The position numbers and the translations under genes were made by a program. A stretch of 55,163 nucleotides of DNA, filler included, from Sphacelaria rigidula (lineage: Eukaryota): the NCBI GenBank assembly GCA_964200075.2. It is 5 parts of 5 records of this genome, joined end to end, with 100 filler letters (N's around TTAATTAATTAA, not from the genome) between each part and the next. Parts side by side here need not be neighbours in the genome. Positions count along the whole stretch, not along the records: positions 33,160 to 44,111 come from CAXNAA020005628.1; positions 44,212 to 55,163 come from CAXNAA020005629.1; 3 more parts are not named here. One strand, 5' to 3'. The notes under the pieces were generated by a model. It was not told the DNA's origin, ran no database searches, and was given only the letters and a program-made list of their open reading frames with translations. Each line of letters begins with the position of its first letter. The first letter of the stretch is position 1. This document shows positions 36,501 through 49,659 of this stretch, in pieces.

Positions 36501-39500
36501 TGAACGTTTTTCACATTCTCGCCCGAGGTCATCTGCTCGACAACTTTTCGTCCCTTGTGCGGCGTCTGCACGCACCGTCTTTTCCTCTATATGTGCCGAC
36601 GTGTACTAAATTTCCTGCTGAAATAAACGCTGATATTACCACGACCATATCCACATGAGCTCTGTTGCACACTCACCTCTCCACCGCAAGCTACTCACAG
36701 AAAGGACTACGGGGTTAAACGTCCAAGACGCAAGGGCGCGGCCGATTTGATGATGACGATACTCGGAAGTTAACCTTCAACACTGCACGCGCCAGGCATG
36801 AACGTTCCGCGTAGTACTTTCGCACTAGGTTAACCAGGCGTTGAAGTTTTGCGGTATAACTACGTGTGAACAAGATAACCCAAGTCTGTGCTAAAGCATA
36901 CCGCAGAGACATTAAGGCCTAGCCCGTGCAGTTTTGCTACTTACGTTCCCCTTATCGCCCTATCTATCGGCCGCGTGCCCACGCGTCTTGAATGTTTATC
37001 CGTGTGTTGTCCTTTTCGTCGGTAGCTTGTGGTGGGGAGATTCGTGTGCAGTTATAGTGGCGTTCATGCGATTTTTTTTGTTTTGATGCCATAGTACTGT
37101 TTAAACGGTGATGGTGTAGTTACACGTGACAAATGCCGAGATAGCCCCCCCACAAAAAGTGCACCGGCACCATCCAACGAACCGGCTGCGATCCCACTAT
37201 TGGGATCGTTTGCAGCAATTTCGGCCACATGAGAGGCGTGTAGCAGTCCGAAATCGGCTATAGCGCCCAAATCAGTCGCGTCGTGCAGCACGAAACCAGC
37301 TTTAACGGCAATTATGATCATCGCCTTCGTGCACGTTTTTGGCCGGTTTTGGGGGGGGGGGGGCTATCTCGGCAGCAGTCACATGTGGTGTGGGAAGCCT
37401 TTTACATTGTTAGCACCATACATTTTCGTACGCTATGTCACAGAAAGCAGTGTATGTCTGATTTGTGCGGAAAAAACGGTGAAATTGGATAAGGTGAAAG
37501 TTCGTGATGGTCGTCACGTTTTCAATCGCCAGAGGATACCACTGAGATACTTCGTGTCAAATATACTACAGTACAGTAAACCATCACCGTACATTGATAT
37601 AGTACACGTCAAACAACCAAAGCACTGTAAGGTATACATTTGAGAAGCATCAAGTACCCTCCCCACACGCAACACCAAGCATCAATACATCGTTGTCCCT
37701 TTCCAACCTGGATGCGCAGTAACTGCGGATTCCGATCAGTCTCCCAGCGTCGACCAACCCTAGATCTTGAAAACTCGGCCGCGCGTTCGGTTCCCGCTCC
37801 TATAGTCAAGACGGGAGGTTCACTAGCGACTACGCTACCGTCGAAGGTGGTGCCCTCTTCAACCGTATCCCCGCTTCTCTGATCGCCCGCCTCGTCTTGC
37901 GGTGGGCCCGTCGACAAAACCTCAACGACTGCCCCGACATTTTCTTGGGGTTGTTGCTGCGGTCCCTGGTTCCCAGGCTCACCGTCCGAATGACGGCCGT
38001 CATCCTGTGCTGATCTGTCGGCCGACGCAGCAGTAACTCCATCGATGGGAGGTTCGATTACGCGAGGTCGAGGATGCCGGGCGGTTGCCGCTGTTACCGC
38101 CGCCGACCAACCGTTTCTCGGCCAGATCCAAGGCTGCCTCATGGTCGCGGTCGCCGCACGGCTTTGCGAGTCCATCTGAATAAACGCCGGGGCGCGTGTA
38201 CGTGACCTCCAGGAGGGGTTCAACTCACCCCCACTTATCATCGTGTCTGTTCGTTCACGATGGCTTGGCTGCCCGTCCCTGCCGCCCTGCAGAGTAGCGC
38301 CACTGCCTGCTAATGCTACCCTTCCTCCTCTTCCTCCTTCACCGCTAGCGTTGGTTACTATGCCGTCTTCTGCCGACGACGGACCCGGACCCAGCCTGTA
38401 GATTGTGTCCGACGTTACTGATCTCCCGCTGCCCACAAGCGATATCGCTTCTTCTGCCGGACTCAGTTCCACACGGGTACCGTGTTGTCGTCTTGGCTGC
38501 CGCAGCCGGCTTGGTCTCCACTCCCTAGCCAGACCCGGAGGCCATGTGCTCGTTAGTGCACGCGGTACCCCGGTTGCCGCAGCGTCGACGTGGCCACGGT
38601 CACCGTCGCTGCTGCTTCCGCCGACAGCCGGCGATGAGCGTCCGCGATTGTTGTCCAGATCGCGCGTTAAGGGTGCCCGCGATCGAACGGCACTTTCCGT
38701 TGTGTCCTGGGATGGTGAGGGTCTAAGCCAGGTGCGATTAGCCCCCGATGGAGTTTCATCACCTTCCACACTACGCTGAATTAGTCCGGCGACACGTTCA
38801 CTAATATTCGGGTGAGCTGTTGGCGTCGATGGTGCCGACTGATTCTGCTGTTGCTGCTGGTCGCGTTGTTGTTGCCGTGATTCCTGGTCGTGCCCCACCA
38901 ACGCGGGATGCTCTTGCGCTTGCGCGCGTTGGGCTCCCCGCTGAGCCGCAAGGCCGTTGAAATAGGCAACGGCAGGACGGAGAGTAGTCTCCTGCTGTTC
39001 TCGAGGATCTCGCCTTGGTGTTTGTAACGCCGGAACTCCTCGTTGAGATGGGGTTACAGTGGCAGACACCTCCTTGGTTTAGGGTGGTAGCGGTGGTGGT
39101 GCAAGGGAAGGAAGGGGTGCGATTTGAAGGTGCATCGGGCAGTGTCATGGGCTTGCATCCGTGATGTTTTTAGAAGCTGGGTTATATCTAGCAGGTTAAC
39201 GGGTGGAGATACAACGCACTCGTTCCCCCTTTCGCTGAGGTGGAGCGCTGTAGTCGGCACATGAGATTATTGCCGTTTTCAATCGACTCGTATACATCGC
39301 GTCCCTGTGTCGAAGTTGACGAGGTAAAGTGAAGTACACCTCCAACCAGCACACACAACCTGGATACAGTAGACTGCGTCCGGCTGCAAAGGGTACACAC
39401 GTGTGTTGTGTGTCGTCATCCCATTTATTCTGGACGCCAGTTCTGCGCATTTCGAAATATGTGGGCGCATCAGCCGGGGCCACACAGAAGGAAGGCCACC

Positions 39501-40678
39501 ACAGAAGGTTTTCTCTTTTTTGTTTTGTTATGGTACTCGACCTTCCTTCTGCGGAGCTTGCCTTACTTTTTATTGCAAGAGGGGTTCAGCGGTCCCTTTC
39601 CCTCCTCGACCGTGAAGTCGATGCTTTGTGTACCCACGACATCGTTGCTCTCCTCTGTTGGGCATGGTGTGAGAAAAAATCCCAGATCGTGTGACTTCAC
39701 AGAGATTCGAAACCACGACCCAACCTTCGGAAGGATTCGAGGTTACCAACTGAGCCACCGGGGCGACCAGCCACTGCCACTTATCCAATTGTCCCAAAAC
39801 TACGGCCACTTCCCCTCTAGGCACATAAAGCAGACACCTAATGGAAAACGAAGCGCACCGCTGCTCTCTGGGCCCGCTGTGCCTGGATCAGTTCTGCGAT
39901 CTCCCGCATAAATCGATCTAGCGAGGGTGGGTGCATCTGTCTCTCTTCAGCACCCGCCGCTCTGTCGCGCTCCGCGCTTTCCGCTCTTCTTTCTGAGTCT
40001 CCTCCATACCGATACATCGGGCGGTCGTCAACCTGATGGAGCATCGTATGTCGCGCAAGAAGTGCCTGCGGCCATTGCTCATCGCCCTCGTTCAGACAAA
40101 TTTCTTCAGTGGTGCCGCCGCCGCTGCCGCCATCGCCGCTGCTTTCAGTATTATGACCCGGAAGACCACCGGTATCGGCACTACCACCGCTCCGTGGACG
40201 CCGCACAATCTCTTGCGTGCGTGGGCGCGACAGCGTGCGAGGGCCTCCGCGACTCGGAGGTCTAGCGTAGCCGCCCCCAACATTGCCGCCTCCGTTGCCG
40301 TCATGATCCTGTACAGGCTGGCCCGGAAACGCTGCTTCATCGTCATCACAATATGAGTCAATTTGACTGAAATATGACCTTCTATTCCTACTAACGTTGG
40401 CAGCGGAGATTCTGTTTGAGCTGGTGAAACGACGATGTTGTTGCTCAGAGCCAAACGTTGGAGGCCCCACTTCGGACACCGTGGGTGTGTTGTCCCATGT
40501 TGTGGATGAAATGGATGGCGGAGCCCTTGAATAATGACTATCTGGAACGACTGACGAAGGAGGTATGTCGGCGTCTGGAGAGGCATCATCAAGCCAGTGT
40601 CGTGTTGAGAACCTCTGGGGGGAAAGTGCAGCAGGGGAATGCCTACTTGTCGGCACTCGGCCTTCAATGTTCATATAC
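33532..40678 (-). CDS. Multi-exon gene of unknown function (disordered N-terminal half, globular C-terminal half). Supported exons 40678-39859, 39072-37708, ~36388-36278, ~36196-35919, 35185-34975, 33997-33840, 33673-33532
   Basis: Long ORFs of 278 and 486 aa bounded by splice sites; phase-consistent chain ...EIALFK|PAWLEEWF...TAESVK|DLRELGEH...PLHR|LTKSRVL...*. Exons between 36100 and 37700 are ambiguous. Confidence 0.6.
35274..35507. repeat. Intronic fragment of the palindromic-unit family seen at 241-1245
   Basis: GGACATTTGATCTCCG...CTGGTTCAGTGGTCAAAT (35274-35325); AGCCTATCCGTTCAAGGTCCGAATTC (35424-35449); reverse-oriented GAACAAAA tail (35483-35507). Confidence 0.6.
37128..37380. mobile_element. 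~250-bp MITE (GAC...GTC family)
   Basis: Colinear with 7965-8213; TIR GACAAATGCCGAGATAGCCCCCCC / GGGGGGGCTATCTCGGCAGCAGTC; TSD ACGT/ACAT. Confidence 0.88.
39510..39768 (-). mobile_element. tRNA-derived SINE in an intron
   Basis: Minus strand begins GGTCGCCCCGGTGGCTCAGTTGGTAA (A box) ... GGTTTCGAATC (B box), then a non-tRNA body and an A-rich tail AACAAAACAAAAAA. Confidence 0.8.
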
Positions 40679-41887
40679 CTGTGTACACATGAGGACGTAA
40701 AATTAGGTCAGAAGAGGAAGATGATGAACCACTTTGTATTCTGTGCGCGAACTACGATGGGACACACCTGAATGCAGCTTTATGGTGCAGGGTATTCATA
40801 TCACATTACGGTGCTACGAAATTACGTATGTGGGAGACACCTTGCAGTGGCAATTTTGTGAATGGTGGGCTCGTGTGTGTCTCGCGACTTCCAGCCCTCG
40901 GTAAGACAAACCGTTACCCGTCACCAGTTATCCAACAACGTTCATGAGGGCAGCAGTGTACGTTATGCTACACTCTTTGTCACTGCGAATGCAACAACGT
41001 TCACAGCCTTGGTGATGCATTTGATGCTACACCTTGCCGTTTTTGACATTGCATCTCGTGTGTAGACTATATATATTTACTCGTGTTACGTATACGCTCG
41101 GGGTACGCCGGAACGTCTTTCGGTCGAAGCGAGGTGTGATGCAGTCATCAAAACTTGCGCATTTTTTGCACGGATTTGATTTACAGCAGCTGTGCACGGT
41201 CGGCTGGAAAGCTACTGTACAGTACTACATTATACCTGCTCATGTACTCGTGCAGGGACGCAGGCATTGAAAAAGCCAGAGGGGTTTCTTCTCGATCGTT
41301 CCTGTCTCCTCTGTCCATCGCTCGCTGTGATTCAATCTTGTCTTGATTCTTTTGAAGGTACAGCGGTACTTTGACTGAGGGTGTCCCTTCACTTGAGCAT
41401 CGCGGGCAGAATCAGGCAACCAACCAACGATATACGGCTGCACCTTGGTGAAGCTGAGCAACAAGGACAAATTGACGATACTTTGACGTTAGACCCACGT
41501 TTCTGGCCCCTGCTTCAAATGCTGTGATCTGCAGCCAGCATGCAAAGTCGAGAATAGTAGCAGGTGTGGGGCCTACACCAGAGAGATGATTGTTGGATGG
41601 AAAAAAAGCGGTGGAACTATTAATTTAAAAATGCGCGAACCGGCAAAAAACGCGAACCGTAACAAACCAAAAACTTGACTTTTGATCGACGAACATACTT
41701 TCCGTGGTCTGCCGACCCACAGTCATCTTAGTGATGCGGTACCCTGAGACACGCTGCCATCCAACTCACAGACACTTTCCAGCTCTCGCTGGTGATGTCA
41801 GACCTCTGACAGTACACTGCTATGCACAGCGCGCTGGACCCCCCACCATAAGTAAGCGACACAGAACTTCTCGTTCGGTCCCGAACG

Positions 41888-43606
41888 ATGGCGCTGCTGC
41901 TGCCTGTGCTGCAGGCGGTGTGCCCGCGCATGGCGGGGCTCCTGGTCCTCGACAACGGCGAAAGCGTCGAGACAACACGGAAAGATCGCAGTGAAGAAGA
42001 CCGAGGATCAGGTCTATCCGAAGCACCGAATGTTGATCTAGGAAGGATTTTGCGGGAACTCAAAAACGCGCTCGTGGGAAACGAGCAGGCGAAGAGTGCT
42101 GCGCTACAGCTAGGCGTGGTCGAGGAGCTGCTCAAGGTGCTGGACGAATCGGAATCCGCCGCGGCAGCGGCGGCGGGGTCGAGCGACGGCAGCGGCAGCG
42201 GTAGCGGCGGCACTGACGGTAATCTCGCCGCTCATGAAGTTTGCCTTCATGCGTTCGGGCTATTGGGGATTCTAACCTGCTCAGCATGCAGCAGCAACAG
42301 CAACCACTTCTCGACATTGGGCGGAAGGATAGTGGGGCACGTTGCCAGGACCATGGCTGCTTGCGGCGGCAGAACCGTCGGGGACATGGGGTATCACTAT
42401 GATGATAGAGGCGAGAAGCTCAGGTTGACCGTGCTGAGATGCTTGAACTCGTTGTGCTCGAGTATCGCACGGCCGACAGAGCCACGTATTGCGCTCAGTA
42501 GCATCTGGGGCACGAGCGCGTTGCTTGGCCTCGCCAAACAGATAGTTGAAGATATTTCGCTCCGGGTTTGGTCCCCGGTGTTGACGACTCTCGGTGTGAC
42601 CGCTCTGGCGGTCATGACGAGAGACAAGGAGCTTGCCAGGATGGCAGGAGTATCGGTGATTCCTTCAGGCACTTTGCTGCTCAGGCCCGTCCTTGCTCCA
42701 TCGTGGTGAGACTAATGGATCGTGAAATTTTGAAGAGACCAACGATGATAATACATCTCCCGTTTGTTGTCTTTTTGCAAGTTGTTTTCCGGTGAGGTTC
42801 GTTTACAGTCTGTTCGCACGATGCGCATGGCGGTGGTCTGCACTTTATTCGAGCAATGTCCCATGTGGTGCCACGTGATGAGCGGCCTACCTGACATAAA
42901 ACATGGACCACCAGCCAGCTACGAGTGCGTTGGCACACAGAAAATCATCTTGTAGTTGACAACAGCCCAGATATCGACTCATCTGCCTAGGGTGGCACAT
43001 CTAGGTCTCCTCACATGTGTGTCATACGTTTCCAAAAGTAACCGTAGCGTTATGGTCAAAACGGAACAAGCGTCTATTATTATATACGATCGCCCGCAGA
43101 ACCTTACGCCATTTGTTGGGAAAATGAAAAGTTTATAAAAAACTGTTTTTTCGGTGGCGTTTTTGTTCAAATGGGTGCACGTTTTTTTCAAACATCGCTG
43201 CTCTTCCCTCCTCCAACGTCCACAAATGGCGGTTGTACGTTTATATCACGCTACACGGAACATCAGTCGGCCAACCATGAAACACGAAGAAAAAAATTTG
43301 AAGAAAAGGATGGACGGAGTCTTGCCCAACTCCACTCCCTCCCACATGACTTCTTCCCCCCCCACTCCTCCCCTGTACTCATTCTCGTATCGTAGCGAGC
43401 CCCGCGGGCCATCTACACGGGTTGCCGCTACATCGCTGGAGGCAAGTAATGCGCGAGAAATGATCCCTACCCTTGAGCTACTCTTCAACCTCTCTGCGGC
43501 AGACCCGGTCACGATTACTCCGTGGCTGACGGATTGTACCCCCGGCCGGTCATCTTGGGGTGCGTTGAAGGCGCTGGAGTTGGCAATGAACCACACGAAT
43601 GAACAG
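41888..43606 (+). CDS. 5' part of an armadillo-repeat protein, ARMC8/GID5-like. Exons 41888-42705 and 43396-43606; the gene continues past the contig
   Basis: LRELKNALVGNEQAKSAALQLGVVEELL resembles the ARMC8 N-terminal LRExKNxxIGNxxxK..LG.V motif (from recall); phase-2 GTGAGA/CGTAG junction; donor GTGACG after 43606. Confidence 0.65.
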
Positions 43607-43758
43607 GTGACGGCTGAATTCAGTACTTGGGTACACCACGGCTACTTGCTACTCCATTTTTTTCGAAAGATCCGCGGTTGATGACACATTAAAAAGCGAA
43701 GGAAGTTAGCTGCATATTGTCGACGATACAATATATTCGTGAACAAGCGTCATAGTGT

Positions 43759-44022
43759 GAAGGGTATCATTATCGGGGTTATTTTTTTCAGACGAAATTT
43801 CCGAATTTTTCGGGAAAAACTTCTTCTCCAAAAACCACTAGTGCAGATATCTTATCCAGGTCGGGCAAAACATCAATTTAAAATTGACTACGGACTACCC
43901 CGACAATCAAGCGTCAGAAGTATTTCCAGTATTTTTTTCGGAAAAACTCGGAAGAGAATCCAATTTTTCGGAGGAAAGTCGGAAACGTCTGATAAAAAGC
44001 GTCCCATTTGTGATACCACTTC
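43759..44022. mobile_element. Degenerate AT-rich MITE-like inverted repeat in an intron
   Basis: GAAGGGTATCA / TGATACCACTTC; TTTTTTCAGACG / CGTCTGATAAAAA; further inner inverted tracts. Confidence 0.55.
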
Positions 44023-44111
44023 GATGATGTCAGCGAAACGTGTGGGGGGGGGGGGGTGAGGGGGGGGGGGGCAGTTGTGATCAATGTCGCTGCAACCTCG
44101 AAGATGCTCGG

Positions 44112-44211
44112 NNNNNNNNNNNNNNNNNNNNNNNNNNNNNNNNNNNNNNNNNNNNTTAATTAATTAANNNNNNNNNNNNNNNNNNNNNNNNNNNNNNNNN
44201 NNNNNNNNNNN
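44112..44211. other. Artificial contig linker
   Basis: Same N44-TTAATTAATTAA-N44 structure. Confidence 0.98.
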
Positions 44212-46270
44212 GTGGCTGGGGAAGATTCATTTGATAGATCCTGAGGCGGACGATTCCTACTACATCCGCTTCCTCGATGATCCGGGTCCTCTCAAGATCC
44301 GTCTCCACGACGATTACTACACCGAGATGCCCACCGCTCGCGAAGGATCTTGGTGCCTACAACGACGCGACAAAGGGGACATCGACACTGCTGTCTTGCG
44401 CAACCCCGACACGGCGTGGAACACGGAATAATCTTGATAGCAAATTGCGTTCCTTTCGATTTTATTCGTGTTCTTTGAAATCCCCCCTGTTTTTTTTTCC
44501 CTTGTCTTGTCGTTGGTTGGTTCTCGAGTACCGTTGTGAGTCGGTTGTCTGCGTTTTTCCTTACCGCTAATCGTAGTCCCCCTGGTCTCGTCGTGTTTCT
44601 TTTTTAATTCCCCCATGCTTTCCCTAGTCCTCTCGTGGTCTCGTTTCCTTGAACACCGTGTAGTCCGGTTGCCCACGTTTCCCTCGACACTACCCAGTAG
44701 CCGCGTATGTCTGTGTTCTGCAGTGAACCGTTGCCGCGTATGCCTGTTCTTGCATGAAGCTTTTGTGTTATCTTTTCCTTGTTTCTGTTAGCTCTTGTTT
44801 TATTTGTTTTTGTTATTTTTGTTTTCTGTTTTTCTTTGTTCTGTCCTGTTTCCCCTTCTTCCTACCTTGCATGATCACCTATTTTCCTTGTTTTTGTCTT
44901 TGGTTTTTCTTTTTGCTTGTATTCGGAGGCGGCCATCGCACACCGTTGGTATTCTTCAGCACGTCCCGTACCAACCCCTTTCCGGGGCAAATACCCGGTG
45001 TGTGCGATTGCTCAACGACGTACACCATCAACCTCTCCAACGGAGTGGTTCTTTCGGCGTACCCTGTTATTCGTTTCCCCCCTATTCTTTTCTTTGTTTT
45101 GTGTCGGGTTTTTTTGTTTTTGACAAATTAATACCGTTGGACTCACGTTGGCTTTCGATGACCGGGTTATGTGTTGCACGTCAAACAAGCCCTCTCCTTG
45201 AGTACCGTCGCAGATTCTTTGTAATCGATCGCTGTATCAGTTGTCCCATGTTCGGGGATGTTACCTTTCTCTTGGATTATGTTCAGTTCCGTTGCTCGGC
45301 TATACTCCGCCCAACACCAGTCCGCCAAAAAAAAAATGTTTTTCGCAGTCTCGAGGTCGTACATCCGGTCCGCCGCTTCGGAAATCAGTACGGTGGTTCG
45401 TTTTTGTTGTAGGGCTATTGCTGGCGAATTATCGCGTTGATGTGCTCGGCGGAAGTTTATCCTTCCGTTTGTATGCACACGCTTTCGATTTTCTCGTCTG
45501 AACGGGCACGTATCTAAGAGAGGACCGCATTGGCCCCTCTTTCTGTATACTTGGATGTATCTCCTACGGTTGTGTGCTATTCGTTGACGCTTTGTGGGAC
45601 GATATCGGCACCTTTTCAATTCGATGGGCCGCCTTTCATCGTCACGTTGGTGCATCCTGTTGCCCCACGGCTGCATGTTGATTTTGGTTTCCGGTGTCTT
45701 CCGCTCAGCGATTTTTTTCTTTTCCCGCTTGAGCATTCAACACCGTTGGGTTCTACTGATGAAAGAAGTGTACGATCGTTTGTGCTTCCCCGGTACTGTG
45801 AAACGCCTTGGCGGGCTGCTTGAAAAAACTCTCAAAACGGAACTGGACGTGTATTGAGACATAATTGCCCCTTCGCATGATAGCAGTCAAGCATTGTATC
45901 AAGGTTTTGTAGCGGATTGACTACCGGCTTGTTTTGTTGCTGCTTCAGCTTTTTGTGGCGGATTTGTCCTGGATTCCCGGATATTTCGTAGCTTCAGCGC
46001 TATTTTTTCGAGGGTTGTCGGTTCTTGGGTTTTTAAAACCCTTCGGATTTTTTTTCATTATGTCGTGTCGCCCTCTAAGTCCCCGTCACAGTACTTCCCC
46101 CTTGACGTGTCTCACATTTTCTTTTTATTTTGGTATTTTGTTTTGCTTTTTTTTGTTTTTTATTTTTTTTGTTTTTTATATCTTTCTGTGGTGTGGGGGA
46201 ATGGATGTGTGGGTAAAGCAACCCAGTTCTACTGCATTCTCCTGCGATTACTTTACCCATTGGAGGCTAG
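44212..46270 (+). mobile_element. 3' internal end (pol C-terminus plus ~1.84-kb 3' region) of an upstream copy of the gypsy element
   Basis: 44212-44329 is identical to 54781-54898; similar but diverged thereafter to ~44600. Confidence 0.9.
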
Positions 46271-47195
46271 TGTGATATGATGTGACTGCAGGACGTAGCC
46301 ATGATCTTGGGCAAACGTGACATTGAATGATGGACATTTTTATATTCAAATAGCGGAAAATTGGCTACCCCTTGGGTTGACGTTCTACGGAGAGCATGCA
46401 TGAGTCATCCTACGATAGGGGGGGGGGGTGTTTGATTGCACGGGGAAAAAGGCTGATAAGTGTGTCACATAACCTGCAACACTCGCGATGCGCTTGTATT
46501 TGGTTCAAAACGGTGTCAATCGGTATGAATGAGCGTTATGTATCTATAACAAGCTCGTTCAAGCAACCGTTGCTGATTTCAGCGGCGATTTGACCTGGAA
46601 TTTCGTGCAAGAAGTGGCCCAAAATACCCCCCCCCTATCATAGGATGACTCGTATTTGAATTCGAAAAAAAAGTAGTGACCCAACCATGGCATGTATTGA
46701 AGAGCTCGGCTCTTGCATTTTATGGTATGACCTCAGTTTATGATGATTATGGGGCGGCGAAACACGTTTGAGCTGCAAACAGTTCCCACGAGCTTTACTC
46801 TCTTCTCATTTCCGGTTTTTGGCTGCAATTCAACAGTTCCCCATTGGAATATCTACAAACCGCGAGAAAGTGAGTCCCAGAAATAAGAGCAGTGGTCGGG
46901 CTGCTGTTTTGTCTGGTGTGTTTTATTGATCGAGGCTTCGGCTTGTTTCGGTTTGTGTTGTATTTGCCTGTTCTGTAGATGAAACTTGGATGCAATCAAT
47001 TGCGTGAAAAAACGGTGCTACTCTTGTCTGCATTTGCTTGTTGTCCCCTTGTGTGAAATACACGAGAGCGACTGTGGTCAGCCCGCGCTGCTGAGCTGAG
47101 TAAACAAACAACGTACACAGAGGTCTGAACCTGGAATCAATCGTGGTGAACACCATTACACCCTTCTCAAGGTGCCTCACCCTTATCACATCACA
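46271..47195 (+). repeat. Single LTR shared between two tandem gypsy copies
   Basis: Begins TGTGATATGAT and ends ATCACATCACA (TG...CA, 10/11 inverted match); followed after 2 nt by a TGG-starting PBS; preceded by a weak purine tract GGAGGCTAG. Confidence 0.75.
46402..46651. mobile_element. Complete 250-bp MITE (GAGTC family) inserted in the LTR
   Basis: TIR GAGTCATCCTACGATAGGGGGGGGG / CCCCCCCCCTATCATAGGATGACTC; flanks GCAT/GTAT (4-bp TSD, one mismatch). Confidence 0.92.
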
Positions 47196-47197
47196 GT

Positions 47198-47213
47198 TGG
47201 AGCTCCCGCACTG
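47198..47213 (+). promoter_or_regulatory. Candidate primer-binding site
   Basis: TGGAGCTCCCGCACTG directly after the LTR end; cognate tRNA not identified. Confidence 0.55.
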
Positions 47214-49659
47214 CCTCTGCTGTACTTTGTTTTTGAGTTGCGTTGTGTTCGGACTGCCGAGCTGTCGTGTATACTACACTACTACTGTGTGCCTTGCATG
47301 CGCATCTATTTTGTTTGTTCACCGTCTAGCCGTCTGTAGCCGTTGCTCTGTCATCTATCCCTGGCGACATGAGTTCAAGGGCCTCTGATACACTAGACGC
47401 TCGTGCCCTGCGCCGACTCCGACGCAAACGTACGCGAGCAATAGCACTTGCCCCCCCATCATCCTCACCTGCTCGTCCCAGCTGCCTCTCTGTGGCACCC
47501 GCCCCAGTAATGATACCCATCTACTCTGTAGCGGATGCGATTCATCATGTAGAGTCCAATTTATACCGTGACTCTCCTGCCCCCGTTACATTTTTCCCAC
47601 GTGACCTGCCCGTACATTACCAGCTACCAACTTTTTTCTACCACCACCGGCACTGAATCAGCGTGGATCCTTTCGCTACACCCACCCCGCCGTATGTACC
47701 GTCGGCCTTTTCTTCTTCAGTAGCTAATAATGTTGATCGTCTCTTGCTGTCTCAAGATATGCTCACCGTGCAGCACATTTGTTTTGTGCCCAACCTGAGT
47801 GTTGACTGTACATCATCCGACCCCACCCTGTCCAATGTATATGAATCAAACATCCGTGATAACTCTACAGTACCACCCTCTTTCCAAGGTCCTGTGTTCA
47901 TCCAGTCCATTTCGTGGACTCCGGTATGGACAACTCGTCCACACCCTCTCTATAGTACCTTCTTAGATCGCCCCTCCCTGTCTTTCACGGGTGCCTGGCC
48001 GACCTCCACCACGCCCACAGGCTCCTACAGTAGATTATTTTCCTCTTCCATTTCCAATGCAACACCGGTCACTCATTACCCTCCAAGTACTCCTAGCCCC
48101 CCCACAAACACATCTACTGTCCCGAACACAGCCCGCCAGACTGGGACCCACGACTCTACCGATGCAAAACTTACCACCTGACGGTCTTTGGGAAACGCAC
48201 AACACCCCGCGTTTCCAACTCACCGACGGGGTACCTCTACGTGTGTGACCGCTTGTAACACTTCGCCGTCACCCTCTTTACATTTTGATAACACTTCTAC
48301 TTCAAACCCCATTGTCGACCACAGGTCCACAGTCGGGCCCCAACAACCTTCAACAACAAACCGCGGCAATATATTGTCTTTCACTCAGCCAGTGCACCAT
48401 CACCACTTAACAAAATCCTCGTCGGCCAACGTGGGTTCTCGCTTGTGGTGTGGGTACGCTAGCGTTGACCGTTCTGTCATGACGGTTTCCATGACAGCAC
48501 AGTCCCGTGCAACATTGCATGGCTCCCAAATGCGCAATGACCAACCCCAGTGTTTTCATACTGGATCTGATCACCCAGTTGTTTTTCCGAGTGGTAGTAA
48601 TCAATGCCAGTTGGATTCGATCGCCCCGCGGAATCGACAGTCGTGTAGCGTAGCACCTACCGCCTTAGAAGCAGGTACATGTTCTGATACGGTAGTTGAT
48701 ACCCCTAAGACCGTTCATCGTAGGATGAAACGTTTACAGAGACTCCCCAGCCCCGGAAAGGACTCAGGAGTCCAGCCGAACCCGGTAACACATGCGTGCG
48801 AAATTCCGCGTGTGCCCGGTCCCCTTTTATTTGGTGAGCGTAATTCTTCGTGCACTACGCGCGCCAGTGCCGAACCCTTGCTTTCCGTAGCTCAGTGGGT
48901 TGGGAAGGAACCCCAAGCGACAGTGCCGACCAAGCGCCACGCGTGTAGCCACGAACGGACTGACCTTGCCAACTTCCCAAAAGCCCCTGGAACAGCCGGC
49001 TCTAGAGTGCGTTATACGCGACACCAGGAGCGGGCTCTTCCGGATGAAACTGTAGACAAACCTGTGGTTGCCGCTGCATCCGCCCACCAAGAAGGTGCCC
49101 GGGTGCCGGGCACAGCGGATGAAAGCTTTGTCGTAGAACAGTCGGTGTTTCCCAGATCCCGAACAGATCAGCACCGCTTCCTGCCGACCCCTCGGAATCT
49201 ATGTTGAAGATAAAGTAGCGTTGACATCTGTTGGGACAGTAAACCCGCGACGCCCTGCATGTATGTCTCATGGTGCCGGACAAACCCCGGCTGTGCCGTC
49301 AAAATTGCAGTCCGATCAGGGCTGTTTCTCCCCTGTTTCTCATAGCTCCAAACAATTATTGGAAACATTCACATCCACTTCCTTTCCTAGGCGTCGTCCA
49401 TTCCCTGACTGTGTACGAAATCCAACTTTCGTCTACTTCACCACACGCCTTACAAAACGCCCCTTGCCACGACGGCCCTTCGGAAAACACATTCGTTCCG
49501 GAGGATCAATCTCGAGTCTATTTTAGTACCATTGCCCAACAACACAAGAGCGATGTGGCCGCAAATCAATTGTCGGAATTTGGACCGGACTTGGCCAGTG
49601 AAACTGCACTCATGGACGACGCCTCCTTCACAAACCGAATAGGTATACATAGTGGAGTG

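Noticed and set aside
36677-36830. In-frame TGA (possible selenocysteine/readthrough) in a minus-strand exon candidate
   Set aside because: Exon boundaries here are ambiguous; an alternative acceptor removes the stop and no SECIS could be shown
39690-39768. Functional tRNA gene
   Set aside because: A and B boxes are present but there is no proper cloverleaf; it continues into a SINE body and A-rich tail
44212-44329. Circular (extrachromosomal) contig with terminal overlap
   Set aside because: The repeat diverges after 118 bp, which fits two distinct copies better
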